A stretch of 64,000 nt of DNA. It comes from Mytilus californianus. Lineage: Eukaryota. The notes beneath the pieces are model-generated. The model had not been told where the DNA came from, made no database searches, and saw only the letters and a list, made by a program, of their open reading frames with translations. The DNA is taken from NCBI RefSeq assembly GCF_021869535.1, contig NW_026262734.1, forward strand, positions 59,272,001 through 59,336,000, read 5' to 3'. Numbering within the stretch: the first letter of the stretch is position 1; the number at the start of each line of letters is the position of its first letter. This document shows, piece after piece, positions 1-12,500 of the stretch. The position numbers and the translations under genes were made by a program.

Positions 1-1792
1 ATAGACACCCTATAAACCAAGTACATAAGAAAAAATGAAAGACAAGAATACAAAAATGTCGATAGCACAATAACACACGGGATGTAGAAATACCAAGCCA
101 CGCCAAAAGTATATTACCAAAAATGGACTAAACAATAAAGGTTAAAAATATACAAAGACAAATAAAAAGAACGTTCACCTTAACACGTAATTAAGATGAT
201 AAACCACGTCAGTGCCTAGAATCTATACATCAAGACCATTATGACAGTTTATGCTTTCCCTACATCATATTTTATACATTTATCACGTGATTAATTTGTT
301 TTTTATATAATAGTGAAACTAATCGCATATCATTAACCAGTTTAATATTGTAATGTAGTCTTAACTATTTTGCAGACAACTTAAAAAAACAATTAGCCAC
401 TGATATGTACAAGCGGTGAAGTCGGTCACGAGTGTATTTATTAAATATATATGTGTGTACTCGTGTTAAAATATCAAGTTCACAAAATTAGAAATTTAAA
501 CAGTTGGTAAATATAATATTTTATCAAATGCAGTATTGTCATACAATTCATATAACGATTGTTTGTAATAGTTTATGATACATATGATATGAATAACATT
601 ACCTTTTGGATAAATGACCTTGCAATTATATACAGATAGCATAATACATAGTACATAACCCAATTCTATTATTTACTTCACAATAATATATGGAAAACCA
701 ATCGTATCATAATGATCTACAACAACGCTCACTCATAAAATATCTGTGTTTCGACGACTCTACCAATACGGTTTTTAATTCTAGTAGTATACAATGTTCG
801 TAATATTATTCAATTATTGACTTTTGATGAGGTTGAAAAATCATTGTATCAACTGAAATCAAAGGTCAACAATTGTTTTATCATATGACTTTTTATCCGT
901 TTCCAATTTTCTAGTATTTGCTCAAGATCATTTTAAAACTGCCTCCTCTTTTTAACTAACTATATCATCTGTTTTTGCAGTTGCTTTTTCTCATAAGTTA
1001 AAATATTCAATAAAGTTTACTAAATAAATACACCGAAAAGAAGAAGAGAAAGAATACACCGAAAACAATGAGAAAAATATATGACGTCATAAACCTACGT
1101 CATTGACGTTGTCTTGGAATATCTATATTTAGGTACACGGACGATGTTCCAAATCTTATATAAACCTCTCGTGATTGTTGCCACGGTGAATACAATGTTT
1201 AATCAAAGAGGATTTCATATGCTTTTAGCCAATGAGAAAACAGAACATTTATAGTCATATAATAAATAAAAAAATACTAATTTTACGTATTAGTCTTCCT
1301 TTTTATCTATGATTTATTTACGGCTATTATCTCGGATATTTGCCGGTCTTGACGCAAACTAGCGAACCATTGTCATGATTGTAGTGACAATTATCCCGTA
1401 AACAATTAAAAAGTAGGAGGTATAACTAAAGACCACAATTTCACATAAGAGAAACGCATATTTTTCGAGCTAGCGAAAAATTATATCGACCCAGCGAACA
1501 ATTGAGCAATGAGAATACATACAACCAACAAAAACGAGAAAAAAAAATAATTTAAAACAAAAGGGATACCATATTTAATATATAAACAAAACAAAGCTTT
1601 TTTCTCCGAACTAAATAAATCCATGTTAAGCTTCAATAGACAGCTGGATTACAAAAATCATAGGTTAACAAACTGATACAATACATGTATAATGCGATTT
1701 GGTGAGGGGAGGGAACTCTTCGTTGATCTTTTGACCAATTTATACAGATTGTGATGGACAACGACTTCAAAGGTGATGTAGGGGAAACATTA

Positions 1793-2140
1793 CCCACAAA
1801 ACACAAAAACATTCCTACAATGTTCCAGTAATGTTTTGATTTTGTTCAGAGAACGTTATAAAATAACGTTCCTAGGACGTGGACTCCCAGTTGGGTTCCC
1901 ATTGGTTCCAGGAACATCGTGAAAAATTTTCCGGAACATTAAAATAACGTTCCAGTATGGTTATAATAACGTTTCTACTGGGATGTTGTGAAATTGTTCT
2001 GCAGTAATGTTTCTGGAACGTTACAATAATGTTCCAGGATGGTTATGATAATGTTCCTACTTGGATGTTGTAAGAACGTTCAATAGTAACATACTTAATA
2101 TGTTATATGGATGTTGGTAAAACATAACCTGCTCAGATCT
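1793..2140. mobile_element. Terminal/subterminal region of a CMC-EnSpm (CACTA-like) DNA transposon, other end missing
   Basis: Starts CCCACAAAACAC at 1793, followed by dense short AACGTT/GTTCC/GGAAC repeats in both orientations, as in animal EnSpm-type ends (recalled). It interrupts a repeat that resumes near 4730. No matching right TIR seen. Confidence 0.5.
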
Positions 2141-2717
2141 TTCATTCATTCTGTAAAACATACTGCATATTATACATCCTGAAACCTCTCTATTGTCCCT
2201 TCATAAAAATTCTGCTACATGTACATAGAATAAAGAATCGAAACATGGAATGGGTCAAGCTTCATGAGACAACAACCGAAGCAAATGTACAAAACAACTC
2301 CACCAATGGGTAGTATTTCAAGCACCTCAATAACAAAAATGTAAGAAAAGCAAATTATTGCAGATTTCATAACTAATATTATCATGGATCCAATGTTTTA
2401 ATTCGATAGATACTGCTTTAAATACCAAATTTCAAGTAAATATAGATACGGTTATTTCTCCTCCTTAACCTCAAAATTTGTGTTTTTAAACAAGGACTGT
2501 ATTACTGTTTCATTGGCAACTACACTACATCCCTTTTCTTTCATTGAATTCAGGAGTAAAATTACTGTTATCAAAATTATTTTGAAAAAATCTCTTCGAC
2601 AGAAATACTCATCAATTGTGTCTTGGATTTATGGCATTTAATGAAAATATAGTAATAGAATATTAAGTTTTATATACATTCAAATATAAAACATATTAGA
2701 TAAAAAAATGTCTTCTC

Positions 2718-4343
2718 CTATAAGGGCTGTTGGTGTGTAGTCACTTGGGATGGTGGTGTGTTATCAACTGGAGCAGGTTTCTGAAAACAAACATTCATAT
2801 AATTATCCACAAGTTTTTAGAAAGCAGAAGTCTATTGGTCCAGGCTTATTAAAATGATAAGACCGAAAATACACGTATATTTTTTTAAATTGTCTGTCTA
2901 GCCATGTTGATTGAAAAACAATTTACATTAAAAAAATTGAGCAGTTGATACTGCCATATATATAAGATTTGTTTACCATTGATCTGAATAAATGATTTAT
3001 TCAAAACCATCAATAATACCATTTCATTCCTTACATTAACTATTAGAATTTATAACTGAAGTGTCTGCAATATCAAGAGATTTTTACTTTTTTAAAGATT
3101 GATAAATAATATCATACCTTGTACTTTAATCCACCTGCTTGGTGTGGTGCATGTCTCAGGAAATCGGACAAAGCCTCATCTATTTCAGATTCTTTCCCAT
3201 TACTATGTACTACAATACAGGACTCTGTAATGAAAATAATGTATTTTAGTTTTTAAATTTGTTTTATATAAAATCCTACCAATCTAAAGTAACTTAAAAT
3301 AAATACAAATATAACAATATAAAACAAATAGACATAACCATGACATACTTGTACTATCAAATAACCTTGAATTTAAAAAAAAACATTATCCTGTAAAACG
3401 GATGTATATTGTGTGATAGGATATCTCTCTAGAATAAAACAAAATAATAGTCTTAGTAGTAAATGGCATTATTTTTTTCAGAAGAATCAAGATATTATAT
3501 TGATGTAAGTTTTTTGCATGATTACAGAACTATTGACAAAACTTAATAACAGAAAAATTGTACACAGGTAATGAAAACTACCTACTAGTAATAATCTTGT
3601 AGACTGGCTCTGCCATAGTGGACTTTTTTTGTTCTTGCCCTTCAAACTGAAAAGAGACCACAGGGAGTTGCTCCCTATACGTCTCATTATTCTTCTCAGG
3701 GTATCACTAATATTGCTACATCCTAAGGCTCCCAGACAACGTACCTGAAAAAACATAATGATTTGTGAACATCAACAAAAAAATATAAAAATATTATCAT
3801 CAAAAGGTAATCACTCCAGTATCATATTCAAAAATATTCTTTTTGCTTTTTCTTGAAATTAATACTCCTTTTTAGCTTTATCAGTATAATATAGCTTATC
3901 GGTAATAAAAGTTTATTGAAAAGAAAAAAATATGTCCTTGATATTGAAAATGTAAAACATTCATTTAACAAAGAATGGAATAAAGGAAACATTTGCCAAT
4001 TCCAAGATAATTGTTAAGTATTTCCCAGATTTTCACCAAATACAGAACAGAAATACCAATGAAACTTTTAGCTTGGATATTTTTCTGCATAAATTCACAG
4101 TAATAAGAAGAGTGGTCTTACCAGTTTGTTGGAGAAATCCCTGTCTTCCAGAAATCTGGCAGATAGCTCTGCCAGCTGAACTTCTGTTTTCACAGGATTT
4201 GATATTAAATCATCAAGATCTAAATCTCCATTAGCAGATGTTGATGGTTGGCCACTGATTAGTCTTCTCAACATTTGAGAGTGCTCCAGAAGAGTCCTCT
4301 CTATTCTAGCCAGCCCCATTGTTACTTTGTCTTCAAAACCCAT
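2718..4343 (-). CDS. Spliced DUF4806-like protein (184 aa as modelled, possibly 5'-truncated), probable transposon accessory gene
   Basis: Four in-frame exons with GT-AG junctions: 4343-4122, 3744-3582, 3224-3118, 2780-2718 (TAG); 555 nt. Contains NPVKTEVQLAELSARFLEDRDFSNKL|VRCLGALGCSNISDTLRRIMRRIGSNSLWSLFSLKGK...IDEALSDFLRHAPHQAGG, which resembles the DUF4806 pattern. Family call from memory. Confidence 0.75.
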
Positions 4344-4729
4344 AATAATATATAATGGAAAGAAATAACCTTTATGATCAATACCCTTCAGATCAGTTTT
4401 GTCAAACAGTTTGTATGAGTTAAACTTTATAAAACATGAATGGAGAATGTGTCAATGGGACACAATCATATAAATTAATCAAGGGACATAACTCACGAAC
4501 TGTTACTTGTCCTAGCAGTAGGGCCATAAAAACAAGGACTGTTATAAAACAAAATGTATACAACACATATGCCAATTCTATTTTTCAAGTTCCAGAATTG
4601 AAAAAGCATCATTCTCACTATTTTCTAAGTAAAAATTATTTAGAGACACAAATAAATCGAGCTAGCCGTTTTGGTTGGTAAAAAATTATCCAGAAAACAC
4701 TTCTATTTTTATAATTATTGCATTCTTTC

Positions 4730-5140
4730 AAGCACATCGTTTAGGACAAATTCCGGAATAGGTTATGTGTGAAAATCTGAAGTTAGGGTAAAAAACTGAC
4801 ATTGAAAAAATGAGATTAGGGGGGTTGGGTCACTTTAAGTTGATTTTGCACTAATTTATAGAGATTTTGACGTGCAACGACAATACATATTGGGGGGGGG
4901 GGGGGGGGACATTTGCGCATTGTTTAGTTGATTTTGGACTAATTTATAGAGGTTGTGACTGGCAACGACAAGAAAGGTGACGTAGGAGTGACATTGACGT
5001 ATTGTTTAAGAAAAAATCCAAAAAAGTGTATGTTCGAAAATCTGAAGTTAGGGTAAAAAAAACTGAAATAGACAAAACGATAATAAAGGGAGGTGTACCT
5101 CAAGTTGATTTTAGACCAATGTATAAAGCTTATTGTGACG
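4730..5140. repeat. Diverged ~2-copy tandem repeat (~240 bp spacing)
   Basis: GAAAATCTGAAGTTAGGGTAAAAAA occurs near 4771 and 5037, and AAGTTGATTTT..CTAATTTATA recurs. A related fragment lies at 1690-1791, left of the EnSpm-like insertion. Confidence 0.6.
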
Positions 5141-6423
5141 GGTTATGTTAGTAGTACTTGGCTTCTGAAAGACAGATATTTCTTACAAGACTTTAAACAT
5201 GGGTTGAAAATTGGCATTTAGAAAGGTGATACATGTACATTTCATGATATACCTGGTTTCTATGAAGTTGAACTTAAGGTAAAATATTAAGAAAGCTGTG
5301 AAAATTGCAAAATTTGGTTGAATAGATAGGAATTTTCAATTGGCGCTCTGACACCTTTAAAACGAAAAGCGGTGAAAAAAAAATCAGAAAACAATTGATT
5401 TTTTTGTCTTAACTGATCATTTGAAATGCAAGTAGCCACATTTCAACCTTTTCTGGCAAAATGTCACATATTGCAAAATAAGAGCCTTTAACCTGAATTT
5501 TTGCTATGTGTAGCTTTGCCTTCCCTTACAATGTGCATTCACATACAAAAATGTCTGAAATTGTAATGAATGCACAGTAAGTTGTTTCTATGGTATCAAA
5601 CATTAAAACATAGGTTGTTTACTACCAAAAAAAAATTGTCGTCATGAAGATTTCATGAAATTATTTGATTTTTACCCATTATTTCATTGTGTCATTCCAT
5701 GTATTTGACATATAGCTCAGCCTAATGAAAACACTGCATACACTCACCTTAATCCTATAAAATGTCTCCGATGAAAGTTTTCCACCTTAAATTTTATTGA
5801 CTGATAGTAAATGAAAATTGTTTCATAACCATAACTGCATTCTTGATCAATTAACAGTCCATTACTTAAACCTGATGAAAAAAAATATTCCATGACATTT
5901 CGGTGCCTTTGATTTTTTACTAAACCCATTGTAAAAATTGTGGAAAGTCTTTAAAGCAGTAGGACAAGCAAGGAAAAATCAACCAAAATTGATCTTGATA
6001 TTGAAAGTTTATGTTCGTATAGTCTGAAATTAAATTTTCAAGTATTTTCTATTAAGGTTATACATTACAGCCAGTTTAAATTAAGCTGTGAATTTTGCAA
6101 TATAAGTCGCATTATGCTGTAAAGAAAACAGAAAACAGAAAATTTTCGCCCCAAATTTTACCGATTGTAAGCTTGGTTTTTATTTCTTTACGTTGCTCTT
6201 ACTTGACCGAGTACCAGGATGTCCCACCACAGAAATGGTAACCTGTCGAAAAAATATTAACTCCGGAGTCAAAAGTCGGTAATATGAATACAGTCTATTG
6301 TTATAAAATGTTTGATGATAGAATCTTTATACACTGGAAGATAAATAAACTTTAATAATTATACTGATAGCAAATCAAATGTCAATAACCAAATTTTAAT
6401 AAATACATACGTCACGCATGGAA

Positions 6424-6431
6424 TATATAAA
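6424..6431 (+). promoter_or_regulatory. Candidate TATA box of the GIMAP gene
   Basis: TATATAAA about 120 nt upstream of the modelled ATG at 6553. Weak evidence in AT-rich DNA. Confidence 0.3.
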
Positions 6432-6552
6432 TGAATTGTTGGAGCTTTAATTCGTATGTTTGAACCTCTATTTGTATTAGTGTTGTTTATTATAAGAGGC
6501 TAATAGTATATTTGTGTCATGTTAGTGAGATATTGTTTAATTACTTACAAGT

Positions 6553-9500
6553 ATGAGTTTTTCGTATGAACATCCAGTTTTAAGGTAAGTTATATAATAT
6601 GCATGTACACAACTAGCCGTTTTATTGAATACAATTAACTTTTGTCGTCCCGTTGATGTTTAAAAAAATTTACATTGTTACTTCTCAATGTTCGTATTGT
6701 AAACTCCAAGTCATAACGACTAGCATTCTAAAGAAGCCTTTACAAATAAAAAAATATATATTAATAGTTCATATACTAAATTGTTTTTAAAAGAAATATC
6801 ATAAGATTAGCTTGCCGCGAAAAAAGGAGAACTGTACTGTAGTGCGTTTTCTTGTCAAGATCAGTATTCACAAAATACATGACGGAATTTAATAGTCGAA
6901 GTACAAACAAAAAGAGAGTATATTCATTTGAAGCAGAGACATACTTGGGTAACTAATAGACACAAAATAGGAATTTCTTTATTAAGCTAGTATACTCTTT
7001 GTCTGTAGGGATATTAGTCTTAAAGTGGCCTATTAATGTTTAATGTGTTGTTTTCATTGATGAGTATGGCATCTATATGCAACACTGTTATTAGTATTAT
7101 GTTAAAATTTACTCATTAGGTTGCTACACGTAGTAAATTTCCAACAATTTATGACGTAATGCATTATTTAACCATTATTAGGCATATATCTATTCCAATA
7201 ATGTGGGGGTATAATTGTCAATTAGACCCCGTTCAAACTTGGACATTTAGATCGATGTAAACTAGATCGGTTCACTTTAGATCGATTGAAGTCCAATGTG
7301 AACGCTTTGAATCTATTTTGAATCGGTCTAAACTAAAACATCAAAAAGAGGTAGTTTAGTTTGAATCGATATAATGTGAATCTATCTAAGCTTTTAAAAA
7401 TATGAACACAAAGATTGATCTAAACTAGTACGATTGAATCGAAAATAAATTTTTCGCATGTATGGCGGCAAAACTACATAACTGTGCATTTTTTTACAAA
7501 ATCTTTAAGAACAGCAGTATTAACATTTGAACTTGTAATTCTAGTTAACAAATATTAGTAATTTCATCCGTTATTGTTTAGCAAGCATGTGCTACACAAT
7601 TCGCGAGAAATTAACACCTATTTCTATTTATACACAGTATTTATAATTTCACGGGTAATACGGTCAGATCGAATGTATATTTACTTGTAGTGTGAATGCA
7701 GTGATTCAGATAAGAGATCATTATATATTTAGGATCGGAGATAATGTGACCGCTAACTGATTTTATTTAGATCGATTCAAATTTATATCGAGTCCACCAA
7801 TGACCAACGGACAAAATGTTAACAGCTATAATAGATCACAGTAAGATTTTCAACAGTGAGCATAATTATTTTCTTTTTCATTAATGTTTATTTTCTTTTT
7901 GTTAAACATTCAAAAAATATAGTTATCAAGATCATTTATCACATGTATGAACACCTCTCCATTATTGTAGAAATAAAGGTTTAAAATAGAAACCGGTTTA
8001 TGTTAATAAAACAATGTTCATATTCTATTTCAGAAAAGAAGACATGCTCAAAGGTCAGTAAACAAAGTAGAATATATATAGCTGTAAAAAAGCAATGAAA
8101 GCGGAAACATATTTCAATATGAATGGAATATAGTCATGTAGACATTGTAAATAGTATATAGTCATTTCAACATGTTCAAGAGAGGGTTACGAAAGTATTT
8201 CCCACGAGACGCAACGTTTCACAAGCGACACCAGAACATTAGGTGTTGATTAAATATTGGTATATTAAATTAAAGTCATTATTCGGCTCCCGAAAGTGCA
8301 AAGAAAGTATACAATCATTTATTTGCTCAAACCCACGTCATTTTGACGCTGTTTAATACATTTTTTTTGTAATTGTCTCATTGGCAATCATACCACATCT
8401 CCTTATTCTATACCTCTTCAATGGTTTTAAAATAAAGTTAATATAATTGATAAATGAAAATGATTTTTTAGTTTGATCAGTGATTTTCAGAAATGTCATT
8501 TGCAATATCACTGTATTGTCGTATTCATGTAACTATTAACATATTTGACCTAAATTGAGCATGTTACATAGTTTTTTGTCAAACGAAATTGACTAAAGCC
8601 TTTACCCTAAACAAATTTTTTATACCCATTAAGACCTTATAACAAAATATTTATTTGGCATAAAGCAACCAATAATCAATCAATCAATCAATCTATTTGG
8701 CTATAACTTTTGCTTATTATGGTAATATTTTACAATTAGGCTACATGTAGTTCGGCACTTTTTGCAGTTTTTATTATTATAAGAGGTTTAAAGGCCTAAA
8801 CTTAAACTGTATATGCAAGACAAAATGCAAAGATATAAAGACTGGCACCTGATAGATAATTTTCTTGTGAAATTCTGAAAATTTCTATTTGAACTTAATA
8901 ATTTTTTATATAAACAACTGCTTTATCATATCTTTTTGCGGTATAGACATTTATATATCAACGTCAGATAAACGTCTGAAAATATCTTAAACAGCAGTAA
9001 GAGGAATTTCGCAAAAATTAGTATTTATCCTAAACAAGTACTACGTAAACTGTTAACCTAAACTATTTTGGAAAAAATAACGCTATGAATTATCTTTCGG
9101 CTACAAATTATTTCAATTTGGTTATCTTTGATGCAAATTCTGCCAAAATTGCCTTCAATAGCAACATGTAGCGCTAAATGTTCTGTTGGTAAGTGTTTGA
9201 TTATAGACTTTTCAATGGATTTAACGACTTTAAGATTTTCACCCTGTGAGTGAAACAAATAAAGGAATTGACCCTACTCTTTTAAGATTTAAAAAAGAGC
9301 GAGACCCGGTGCGTAAACAGGGTTTCTAATCTAACACATTCATTAATCAAGGATGCTGGTTATTGATCTCATTTTAAGTTGGGGTACACTTTATGCTTAC
9401 AGGGGGAAAAAACCGAATGTAAATTTTTTTTTTCTACAATCTTGCTATGTTTTCTTCTCAAGACCTCTCAATGCATCCTGCGCATTTTAATTAAAATGTA

Positions 9501-12500
9501 AATATTCTGATGAATTTTCTGTTTAGAGTATGCAAATAAATGTATAGTTTTTCTTGACTAGAACTAAATATAATCGACCAGACTGAACAGCTTGATTAGC
9601 CGAATTGAGATAAATACAGTCATAAATAGCTCTGCCACCAAAAGTAAACTAAAGCGAATAGTAGAAACTGTTTAAGGTCAATTTTGCCTGAAAAAAGTTG
9701 CAATGATATTTTGTTAAAATTTACAAAATGCATAAGCTGAGTTTTGTTTTATAATTGAAAGAACGAAACATCCCCATTGCCAAGTATTGACTGATGGGCG
9801 GATAATATACTCTCGTAAGATAACATTCAACCAGCAACGACGGTCATATATATAAGTGTTACATATAAAAAAAAAACGATGAACATTTATGTTTAGTTGA
9901 TAACTATTTGTGTAACCTCCAGCAGCAAGATTTTCATTCAAATTCTAGACAAGAACAATATGTCAATAATTCTGATGGATAGGTTCTGCTAAGAGGACTG
10001 GGATGGAGAATGGAAATATTGAGTCACTTGAAAATGAGGCTGTTGCTACCAATAGGGGAAGGGTTGTAAGGGTTTTTAAAAGTTCAGAGATCAGGTCATT
10101 CTTCCTTCACAAGACATCGGATTTTACAGTCCAATTCCGGTCTGGCGTGGCTATGTATTAATACATTTAATATATGCACGCTTTAGCCTGGGTTTTACTG
10201 TCGAATGCGAGGACTTATATCCCGAATATTTTTCAACAATTTCATTAGGAACTTTTAAAGTTTAAATGTTTAGACAGCAACGTTTAAGGTGGTTGGGGCG
10301 TCTTAATTAAAATCTGTAGATTTTTTTAATAATTTGTCAAAATGAAGTTATTATCATGCTTTTTGTAAAAATATAATAAAAAGTATGGGTCACCGGTTTT
10401 TTTTTTACCCTACAAAATGTGCAAAATTGTCAGATTTTGTATAGATTATGCATGGAAAATCCAATTTTGTGTGATAAAAAGAAACTACATGTTAGAATTT
10501 TAAGATAAAATGTGAGAAGATAGCTCTTATAACATGCTTTCAGATAAAAAAAGAAAAAATGGGGTCACCGAACTTGTTTTCTTGCTACATATTAAAAAAG
10601 GTAAATTCACAACACTTTCAATTATAAAATTACTTTATTTGAGTTATCTCCTCTTATTTGGCAAAGTTGACAAAAAATTAATCCAACACAAATATGGTGT
10701 TTTTTAGAATTTACAGCCGTAAATATGACAAAAGACAAAATTTTCTATATTTACATCAAAAGTCTTACACATGAATTACAAACTACTCTCGAAATTTGCA
10801 CATTTCATTAAAGATCTAGACCAACTGTTATCTGCTACTTCAAAATCCAAGATGGAGGAAGACATCCGAGCCACCTTAACTTCACTTCTTTCTGCATAAT
10901 TGATTACTCGAAAACTATTTAAAATGTTAGTTACTATTATAATTATTTTTCTTTTATTTACAGAAAAGAAGCCTGCATTTCAAACGCAACGAACGAATTT
11001 GACTCAAAAGGGTGAGTTTCATTCAAATTTCAATGGGTGTCTATATAAAATCATATGTTTTTTTCTTTTTTTATTTTTTGTAAAAGTTTAATATGCCGAA
11101 CTTGCATGCAAAATCTCTGACCGAATACTTCTGGAAATGAATATTCAATAGTACAAAGAATTATGAATTCATAAATAAAAAAAAAAAGAACGACTTATAT
11201 TTAACATTGCCATAAAAGCGGGAGGTTTGGCATGCCACAAAACCAAGTTCAACCCACCATTTTTTTCTTAAAATGTCCTGTACCAAGTCAGGAAAATGGT
11301 CATTGTTATATTATAGTTCGTTTCTGTGTGTGTTACATTTTAATGTTGTGTTTTTGTTGTGTCGTTGTTCTCCTCTTATATTTGATGCGTTTCCCTCAGT
11401 TTTAGTTTGTAACCCGGATTAGTTTTTATCTCTATCGATTTATGAGTTTCGAACATACTACTGTTGCCTTTACTTATAAATAAATTAGAAAAGGAAAGAA
11501 TATGAGGTATCCATCCATGACAAAAACATACAGAAAGAAAAGGAACAGCGCTTTTATTGCTGTTCTTTATCTCTTTATCTCAAAGTCACATTGAGGCCTT
11601 CAACACGCACGGAGCCAAAAAAAAAAAAAAAGAAAAGAAAAAAACTCACCTCACTGCAAGTTTAAGAGTGTCCCAAATACCGGTTTGAGCGAATTTATTT
11701 TTGGAAAAATGATTCGGTTAGACCTTGTAAGATGTATCACCACCGAATCGGGCCCGGTAAAAAAAAACATACTGGAAAGTAGTACATATTTAAAACAAAA
11801 TAGTTCCTACGCATAGGTGTAAGTATAAAACTATGTAAAATATATTTTAGTTATTACGGTATCAAGTGAAAGGTGAAGGACTGGTGATCCTTGTAGAGCA
11901 CATATTGACTGATAATTTTGAATAATAAAAAATGTATCACTGAAATCTAAAATTGAGGCATATATTGCCTGTTTCTCAGAAATGAAGTACCTGGTTTGGT
12001 GCATTCCTTTTTCAAAATATTGAAAATTCATTTGAAAAAATATCGCAAATAAAATAGTATCCAATATCTTAAGCGATTGCGCAATTGAAAAAAATATTAT
12101 CCAGACATTTTAATTGAATTTGACAGACTGATCCAGTTAAGTGGCATGAAACGTCTCATTCGTATGGTAGTATATAAAATTTATACATGTAACAGTAAAA
12201 TGAAAACGTCTTAAAACCAAAACCCGATGGTTTGTTAACACGGAGAGATAAGCGTTCATGCACCAACAACAGAACACATGCATATATTAAATGTAATTCA
12301 GATTTTTTAAAGTAATTTTAGTATTCCTATTTAATAGCCTTAATAAATCAAATGGTCAGCTAAGTACATATAAAAGAATAACATTGGAAGCATTAATTAG
12401 ATATAGGAAGATGTGGTATGAGTGCCAATGAGACAACTCTCCATCCAAGTTACAAGTTATAAAAGTAAACCATTATAGGTCAAGGTACGGCCTTCAACAT

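Noticed and set aside
9983-10160. Open stretch SAKRTGMENGNIESLENEAVATNRGRVVRVFK as an extra GIMAP exon
   Set aside because: The acceptor lacks a pyrimidine tract and I found no phase-1 donor to keep the frame. Not excluded; needs RNA-seq.
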